This document shows, in pieces, positions 58,160 through 64,000 of a stretch of 64,000 nt of DNA. Numbering within the stretch: position 1 is the stretch's first letter; every line of letters starts with the position of its first letter. The translations under genes were made by a program, and so were the position numbers. The notes below the pieces were generated by a model that was given only the letters and a program-made list of their open reading frames with translations, did not search any database and was not told the origin of the DNA. This DNA is from Actinomycetota bacterium (GTDB lineage: Bacteria; Actinomycetota; UBA4738; JBJMLN01). Location of the stretch: positions 8,126 through 72,125 of the forward strand of contig JBJMLN010000121.1 in NCBI GenBank assembly GCA_045805285.1. The letters run 5' to 3'.

Positions 58160-58220
58160 CACATTCTCACGAACGGAGCGGGAGCTTCGGGGTACGGAAA
58201 CTTCCCGAGGGGGTGTTCGC

Positions 58221-58607
58221 ATGAGAAGAGTGACGATCGTGGCGACCGGGGTTCTCATCGTCCTTGCGATGGCAAGCGGGGCGCAGGCATCGACACAGGT
58301 GGTGGACCGGAAGTCGGGGCGCGGTGACTACGCGGTTGCGACGGCCGGTGGCAACGTGAGGCATCCGAAGCGACTCTGGGTGAAGGTCACCTCGCGACCG
58401 CACGAGCGCGTGTACGTCAGCTGGACCGACACGTGCGGCAAGGGATTCGGCGCCGGCTCCAAGAGTGGGCACTTCCGCGCGACGACGGCGGTCAAGCGAC
58501 GGATAAAGATGCCGTACCACCGTCCAGACAGCTGTTCCGTCGCCGCAACCGGCCAGCTTCAGAATAAGGGCCGGAAGATCACGGTCACGATCCTGGCTCG
58601 CGTCTGA
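58221..58607 (+). CDS. Small secreted basic hypothetical protein
   Basis: Signal peptide ending AQA, two Cys, GAGGGGG RBS. Confidence 0.7.
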   Translation: MRRVTIVATGVLIVLAMASGAQASTQVVDRKSGRGDYAVATAGGNVRHPKRLWVKVTSRPHERVYVSWTDTCGKGFGAGSKSGHFRATTAVKRRIKMPYHRPDSCSVAATGQLQNKGRKITVTILARV

Positions 58608-58620
58608 GTAAGCTCGCGAA

Positions 58621-59337
58621 ATCGAGCACGACGCACACGGAGGCCCGCAGCAGCGCGACCTGCTCTCAGAGCAGGCTCGCTACTACGACGACCGCGCTCC
58701 GGAGTACGAGGATCTCTGGTTCCGGCGCGGCGCGCACGATCGCGGCGAAGCATTCAACGAGCAGTGGTTCCGGGAGACGGCGATCGTCGAGACCGCGGTC
58801 GACGGCATCGCGACCGACGGGGCGGTGCTGGAGATCGCCTGCGGTTCCGGCCTGTGGACGCGCAGACTCGCACCGAAGGCGGCGCGGTATGTTGCGGTGG
58901 ACTCCTCTCCTCGGATGCTCGAACTCAACCGCAGCCGCTACGGAGCACCGAATGTGGAGTACGTCCTCGCCGACGCCTTTGAGTGGACGACGAGGGAGCG
59001 TTTCGACCTCGTGTTCTTTGGCTTCTTCGTCTCGCACATCCCGCCCGAGATGTGGGAGAAGTGGTGGCGATGCGTCGCGTCATGGCTCCTCCCGAACGGC
59101 ATGGCCTACATCGTCGACGACACAGCGGGCCCGGACCGGCCGTACTCCGGCGACGTCGTGGAGGACGGACCGCCCCATGCGCACCGACGCCGACTCTCGG
59201 GCGGACGCGAGTACACCATCGTGAAGGTCTTCTACTCACCGGAGAAGCTCACGCATCGGCTCGAGGAGGTCGGCTGGAAAGTAGCTGTCGGGAGCTCCGG
59301 CGAGCACTTCATCTGCGGAAGCGCACGGCCTCGGTAG
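58621..59337 (+). CDS. Class I SAM-dependent methyltransferase
   Basis: LLSEQARYYDDRAPEY...VLEIACGSGLWT...FFGFFVSHIP; start non-canonical (see findings). Confidence 0.88.
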   Translation: MEHDAHGGPQQRDLLSEQARYYDDRAPEYEDLWFRRGAHDRGEAFNEQWFRETAIVETAVDGIATDGAVLEIACGSGLWTRRLAPKAARYVAVDSSPRMLELNRSRYGAPNVEYVLADAFEWTTRERFDLVFFGFFVSHIPPEMWEKWWRCVASWLLPNGMAYIVDDTAGPDRPYSGDVVEDGPPHAHRRRLSGGREYTIVKVFYSPEKLTHRLEEVGWKVAVGSSGEHFICGSARPR

Positions 59338-59344
59338 CAGCGAG

Positions 59345-62300
59345 CTACCCCTGCAGCTCCTCGAGGAAAGCGCGGGCGTTCGCCTCTTCGACCACGTTGC
59401 CCTTGCGGTGCAGGAGATCCAACGCCTGCTCGACGGCCGCTCGCGCTTCACCGTCGCGGTCCTGGAGGCGCAGGACCTCCGCGAGGCTCATCGACGCCTC
59501 CGCCCGGAGATTCACGTAGTCGGTCGCTCCGACGACCGCGAGCGCCGCACGCGCGAATCGTTCCGCGTCCACGTGCTCGCCCTTCCGTGCGAGCCCTTTC
59601 GCACGCAACATGCGCCAGCGCACGTTCGCGTCGACGTCCCCCTCGATCGTGATGCGCTCGGCGAACTCGGAGATCTCCAGGGCTTCGTCGTACCGGCCCT
59701 GCGCATAGATCGTCTCGCCGAGATCGGGCGCGACGCTGGAGAGATGCCCGAAATCATTGATGCGCTCGTGAATGTCGTAGGCAACCCGGGCCTCCGACTC
59801 GGCCTTCGCCGGTTCGCCTGCACGCATCTCCACGTCCGCGGAGTCACGATGGACCGCAGCGAGGGTCACCTGATCCCCTAGCTTCTCCGCCAGTCGTTTC
59901 CCGTCAGCGATGCACGCGCGCGCGTCGTCGAGCCTGCCGGACATCGACTCGAGCTCCGCACGGGTCCTCGCGGCCGCCAGCTGTACCCGCGGATCGCTGG
60001 CTTCGTTCTCGAAGAGCGTACCGAGACGCCCCAGCGCTTCCTCGACCGGGAGGGGCCCGACGGCCAGCCCCAGCCCCAGCCATCGGGAGATCTCCCCCCG
60101 CTGCCGCACGTCTCCCGCCCGCGCCGCATGATCGAGCGCGCGTTCGAGCAACTCCTTGGATTCCGCGACGTGGCCCTGCCACAAGCGGATCGTGCCGAGC
60201 ATGCTCTCCGCCTCGGACATGCCGCGGTCGTCGCCCCACTCCTCGAAGGAGTCGAGGTATCCACCGGCTTCCGCGAGCGCCGCGGCCTGTTCGATGTCGG
60301 GATCCAGGAGCAGTCGTGCAAGGACGCGTCGCAGCGACGCGCGGGCCACCAGCAACGGGTCGTCGGCGGCACGGGCCGCGTCCACCGCATCGGTCAACGT
60401 GGCCTCCGCCCGCGCGATGTCGACCTGCGCGAGCGCGACGCCGAGCTCCGGAAGCAGCTCCGCGCGGAGATGGTCCTCAGGCGGAAGGAGCTCCACCGCG
60501 CGCTCGAACAGGTTGATGGCGGATTTCACGTCCGCTCGGTCGAGCGCCCGGCGCCCCGCGGCTCCGAGCTCCGTCGCGGCCTCCTTGGCAAGCGCGCGGG
60601 TGTGCTCGTCCGGCGGCCCGAGGTCAACCGCGTACCGGTACGCGCTCTCCAGATGTGCACCTCGGACCTCTCCGAACTCGGCCGCGCGGTCGACCGCCTT
60701 CGCCAGCAGCCACGACGCGAACCGTTCGTGGAGATCCGCCCGCGCCCGCTTCGGCGTCGAGCCGTACGCGGCGTCTCGGACGAGCACGTGACTGAAACGG
60801 AACGCGTCCTCGCCCACGAACGTCGAGGCGTCGGGACGCACGAGCTCCTTCCGCAGAAGCGTCTGCAGATGCGAGCCCACACGCGGACGGAGATCCTCCG
60901 GTGAGAGCTCCGTGACGGCTCCCCACCAGAACGTCCTCCCGATCACCGAGGCACGCTGCACCACCGTGCGTTCGTCGGGCTCGAGCTGATCGAGCCGAGC
61001 GGAGAGCAGCGCGCTGATCGTTCCGGGCACGGAGACCTCGGAGAGGTCCCCCGTCGGGGTCCAGTGTCCGTCGGTCCGCTCGAGCCGGCCCTCGTCGATC
61101 AGCATCCGGAGCATCTCCTCGACGAAGAGCGGATTTCCTTCCGCTGCAGAGGAAATGCGGCGCCCCGTGTCCCCCGTGAGACCCGCTCGGCCGAGGAGGT
61201 TCGCGATCAGCTCCTGCGACTGGTCATCGGTGAGCGGCTCGAGCTCCACGACCCGTGTGTCCCTCACCCAGTCCGGATCGAGCTCCCGGAGCTCCGGGCG
61301 GGAGGTGCCGAGCAACATGACGGGATGACCGCCGCTGAACCGCGTTACGTACTGGAGAAGATCGAGGAACGTCGGCTCAGCCCAGTGGAGATCCTCCAGC
61401 ACCACGATCAGTGGCCGTGCCGCCGCAACGATCTCGAGGAGACGGCGCACGGCCCAGAACGTCTGTTGGACATCGCCCGTCGCGTCCGCGAGGCCGACCG
61501 CCGCGGCGAGGCGCTCCGCGACGTCGTTGCCGTCCACCGAGTCGGATGTGAGCGCGTCGATCTTCGATCGCCGCTCGTCGGGAGCGTCCGTCTCGACCAC
61601 ACCAGCCGCGTCGTCGACGAGCTCCACGACCGGAAGGAGACTGATGCCCTCGCCATACGGAAGGCATCGGGCCCAGAGAACACGGGCTTCGGCGGTCCTG
61701 GTCACGAACTCGTTCACGAGACGCGTCTTGCCGAGGCCGGCGTCGCCGAGCACGGTTGCAGAGGCGCACGCGCGTCGCTCCACGGCTTCGTCGTAGGTCC
61801 GGCGAAGCGCTGCAAGCTCCTCGTCTCGTCCGACGATCGGAGAGTCGAGCCGTCGGGAGAACGGAACCGCGACGTCCAGCACCTCCAGGAGGCGGAACGC
61901 CGACATCCGCTCGCTCTTTCCCTTGAGCTCGAGCGGCTCGACGGCTTCGACGCGGACGGCGTCGCGGACGAGCCTCCGTGTCTCCTCGCCGAGGAGGATC
62001 TCGCCGGGGTCGGCGGCCTGTTCGAGGCGGGCCGCCACGTTGACGGCGTCGCCCGTGACGAACGTCTGGTCGCTGGACGGATCGCCGGCGACCACCTGGC
62101 CGGTGTTGACGCCGGTGCGGATCTCCAGATGGGCGCGCCAATCGCGTTCGAGCTCGGCGTTCAGGGTCCCGAGGAGCTCGCGCATCTCCGAGGCGGCTCG
62201 GACGGCGCGGAGAGCGTCGTCCTCGTGGACGGTCGGAACGCCGAAGACCGCCATCACCGCATCGCCGATGAACTTCTCGACGGTTCCGCCATGCCGCTCG

Positions 62301-62431
62301 ATCGCGGCCCGCATCTCGTCGAAGTAGCGCGACATCACGCCTCGAAGCGACTCGGGATCGAGCTGTTCTCCGAGCGAGGTGGAACCCACCACGTCGGAGA
62401 ACAGGATCGTGACGGTCTTGCGGACCTCCAT
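59345..62431 (-). CDS. Class III adenylate/guanylate cyclase with AAA/STAND ATPase and TPR-like region
   Basis: LFSDVVGST, EKFIGDAV, GDAVNVAARL; GDAGLGKTRL; LEDLHWA. Confidence 0.93.
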   Translation of the reverse strand: MEVRKTVTILFSDVVGSTSLGEQLDPESLRGVMSRYFDEMRAAIERHGGTVEKFIGDAVMAVFGVPTVHEDDALRAVRAASEMRELLGTLNAELERDWRAHLEIRTGVNTGQVVAGDPSSDQTFVTGDAVNVAARLEQAADPGEILLGEETRRLVRDAVRVEAVEPLELKGKSERMSAFRLLEVLDVAVPFSRRLDSPIVGRDEELAALRRTYDEAVERRACASATVLGDAGLGKTRLVNEFVTRTAEARVLWARCLPYGEGISLLPVVELVDDAAGVVETDAPDERRSKIDALTSDSVDGNDVAERLAAAVGLADATGDVQQTFWAVRRLLEIVAAARPLIVVLEDLHWAEPTFLDLLQYVTRFSGGHPVMLLGTSRPELRELDPDWVRDTRVVELEPLTDDQSQELIANLLGRAGLTGDTGRRISSAAEGNPLFVEEMLRMLIDEGRLERTDGHWTPTGDLSEVSVPGTISALLSARLDQLEPDERTVVQRASVIGRTFWWGAVTELSPEDLRPRVGSHLQTLLRKELVRPDASTFVGEDAFRFSHVLVRDAAYGSTPKRARADLHERFASWLLAKAVDRAAEFGEVRGAHLESAYRYAVDLGPPDEHTRALAKEAATELGAAGRRALDRADVKSAINLFERAVELLPPEDHLRAELLPELGVALAQVDIARAEATLTDAVDAARAADDPLLVARASLRRVLARLLLDPDIEQAAALAEAGGYLDSFEEWGDDRGMSEAESMLGTIRLWQGHVAESKELLERALDHAARAGDVRQRGEISRWLGLGLAVGPLPVEEALGRLGTLFENEASDPRVQLAAARTRAELESMSGRLDDARACIADGKRLAEKLGDQVTLAAVHRDSADVEMRAGEPAKAESEARVAYDIHERINDFGHLSSVAPDLGETIYAQGRYDEALEISEFAERITIEGDVDANVRWRMLRAKGLARKGEHVDAERFARAALAVVGATDYVNLRAEASMSLAEVLRLQDRDGEARAAVEQALDLLHRKGNVVEEANARAFLEELQG

Positions 62432-62467
62432 GTCGAGCGAAGTCTACGGGGGCCGGGTGGACTGCCG

Positions 62468-63760
62468 TCAGGCCCGGCGGAGAGCGGCTTTCCAGGCCGC
62501 GGGCGCTTCTCCGTCGAGGTGGATGTTCTCCGTTCCGAGGAACGTCGCGAGGTCGCGCAGGGAGGTTGCGATCCCGCCTCCCGTCTCGCGGGTGACGGCC
62601 GCGCCGGGCTCCGCGAACACCCTGTGGACGACGAGCCGCTTTCCCTTGCGGTCGTTCTCGACGTCGATGCGGCCGATCAGTTCCTCGCCGTGGAGGATCG
62701 GGAGCGCGTAGAACCCGTACACGCGCTTCTCCTTCGGCGTGTAGAACTCCGCCCGGTACAGGAAGTTCCACAGAAGCTCCGTCCGATCGCGATCGCAGAT
62801 CAGGTTGTCGAACGGCGAGAGCAGCGTCGTGCGCGGATCCCAGTTCCCGGCCTGAAGCAGCCCCAGCAGCGGGAGATCCTCCGCGTGCACGAACCACTCA
62901 TCCGGAAAAGGCGCACCGTCGGCGTCGAGGACCTCCACCCGCTCCACGACGCCCTCTCCCCGGAGCCGTGCCAGCACCGTTTTGAGATTCGGATACATGA
63001 ACCGCGTGAAGTGTCGCTGGATGTGCCGCGGCGTCGCGACACCGAGCGCGCGGAGCGACCGCTGTGACGACCTCCGCACGACCTGCGCGTCTCCGAGCCG
63101 GTCTCGCGGAGTCCACTCCGGGAGCCAGCGCTCCGTGATGTCCCACCAGCGCTGCGCGCCCGAGCGGCCGACGACCATCAGGAGCCCCTTCGTCCACATG
63201 ATGTCGAGCATCCGGCCGACGTTCCGCTCGTTCGTCCAGCCGCCCGATCTCCAGTCGCGCTCCGACTTGTCCTCGAGATCCCGCGAGCGGAGCGGCCCAC
63301 GTTTTCGCAGCTGCGCGACGATGTAGCGGCGGAGCGGAGCGCTGTCCGCGTACCACTCGCGGATCCGGCGGGCGTAGTCGGCATCGCTCGTCCACGCCCT
63401 GCGCATCTGGAACCGGTGGATCGGATAGTCCTCCGTGAGCACGATCGCGGCCGCGTGCGCGAAGTATTCGAACAGCGTGCGGTCCGTCCACAGCAGCTGG
63501 TCGAGCGCCGCGGGATCGAACGCGCCGACGCGGCTCCACGTCACGAGGAGGTGGCTCTTGGCGACGTAGGAGATGGGATCGAGCTGGAGGCAACCGAGCT
63601 CTCGCACCAGGGCGAGGATGCCTTCCGCGTCGGCGGCGGCGCGAGGCCCCGCGAGCCGCTGTTTGACCACGGCGAGGCGGCGCGCATCGCGGAGGGAGAC
63701 CTGTCGAAGCGCGCGGGCCGGAGGGGGCACGAGCCGAAGCGTATCGGCGGCCACCGACAC
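62468..63760 (-). CDS. YcaQ/AlkZ-family (HTH_42) DNA glycosylase
   Basis: LGCLQLDPIS (QxD, YcaQ type), LLSPFDNLI, YRAEFYTP...RVYGFYALPIL. Confidence 0.9.
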   Translation of the reverse strand: MSVAADTLRLVPPPARALRQVSLRDARRLAVVKQRLAGPRAAADAEGILALVRELGCLQLDPISYVAKSHLLVTWSRVGAFDPAALDQLLWTDRTLFEYFAHAAAIVLTEDYPIHRFQMRRAWTSDADYARRIREWYADSAPLRRYIVAQLRKRGPLRSRDLEDKSERDWRSGGWTNERNVGRMLDIMWTKGLLMVVGRSGAQRWWDITERWLPEWTPRDRLGDAQVVRRSSQRSLRALGVATPRHIQRHFTRFMYPNLKTVLARLRGEGVVERVEVLDADGAPFPDEWFVHAEDLPLLGLLQAGNWDPRTTLLSPFDNLICDRDRTELLWNFLYRAEFYTPKEKRVYGFYALPILHGEELIGRIDVENDRKGKRLVVHRVFAEPGAAVTRETGGGIATSLRDLATFLGTENIHLDGEAPAAWKAALRRA

Positions 63761-63798
63761 ACGGAAAGGCCTCCTGACCTCGGTAGACTCGCGGCCTC

Positions 63799-64000
63799 AT
63801 GGAGATCTCCGAGCTCCAGGACGTCCTGCGCCGCACCTATCTGGAGCGGGACGCACGGCGCGGGCCCGACGCGACGTTCCGCTGGCTGACCGAGGAGGTC
63901 GGCGAGCTCGCGAAAGCGCTCCGCGGCAAGGACCGCGAGAACCTCGTGCACGAGTTCGGCGACGTGCTCGCCTGGCTCACGTCCCTGGCGTCGCTCACCG
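63799..64000 (+). CDS. MazG-like nucleotide pyrophosphohydrolase (partial, runs off window end)
   Basis: Manual translation MEISELQ...WLTEEVGELAKAL...HEFGDVLAWL (EExxE...ExxD). Confidence 0.85.
   Translation, partial: MEISELQDVLRRTYLERDARRGPDATFRWLTEEVGELAKALRGKDRENLVHEFGDVLAWLTSLASLT

Overview
GC-rich bacterial chromosomal window whose gene content and promoter style point to Actinomycetota (WhiB, AdnAB-like pair, GroES2-type chaperonin, monocistronic groEL with CIRCE, many apparently leaderless genes). About 60 CDS, one tRNA-Pro(CGG), a yybP-ykoY (Mn2+) riboswitch and a CIRCE operator are supportable. I saw no CRISPR array, transposase, integrase or phage genes. The most unusual locus is 3121-6937 (minus strand). 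It holds a membrane protein with a PqqD/RRE-like domain, an M50 zinc protease domain and two cyclic-nucleotide-binding domains, then a 69-aa Cys-rich protein, three CRP-type palindromes spaced exactly 23 bp apart, two paralogous Lys-rich 45/40-aa peptides with strong RBSs, a terminator and a Crp-family regulator. It is a candidate cNMP-gated peptide-processing or signalling system. Second is a TetR-containing lipid operon at 51522-58123 (acyl-CoA reductase/HAD fusion, Zn dehydrogenase, LarA-like protein, acyltransferase), a candidate ether or unusual lipid pathway. Also notable are three genes that appear to need an ATC start, a MogA-XdhC fusion, an orphan nuoD facing an NDUFAF7/MidA methyltransferase, and selAB. 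All calls come from manual motif recognition; no database searches were run.
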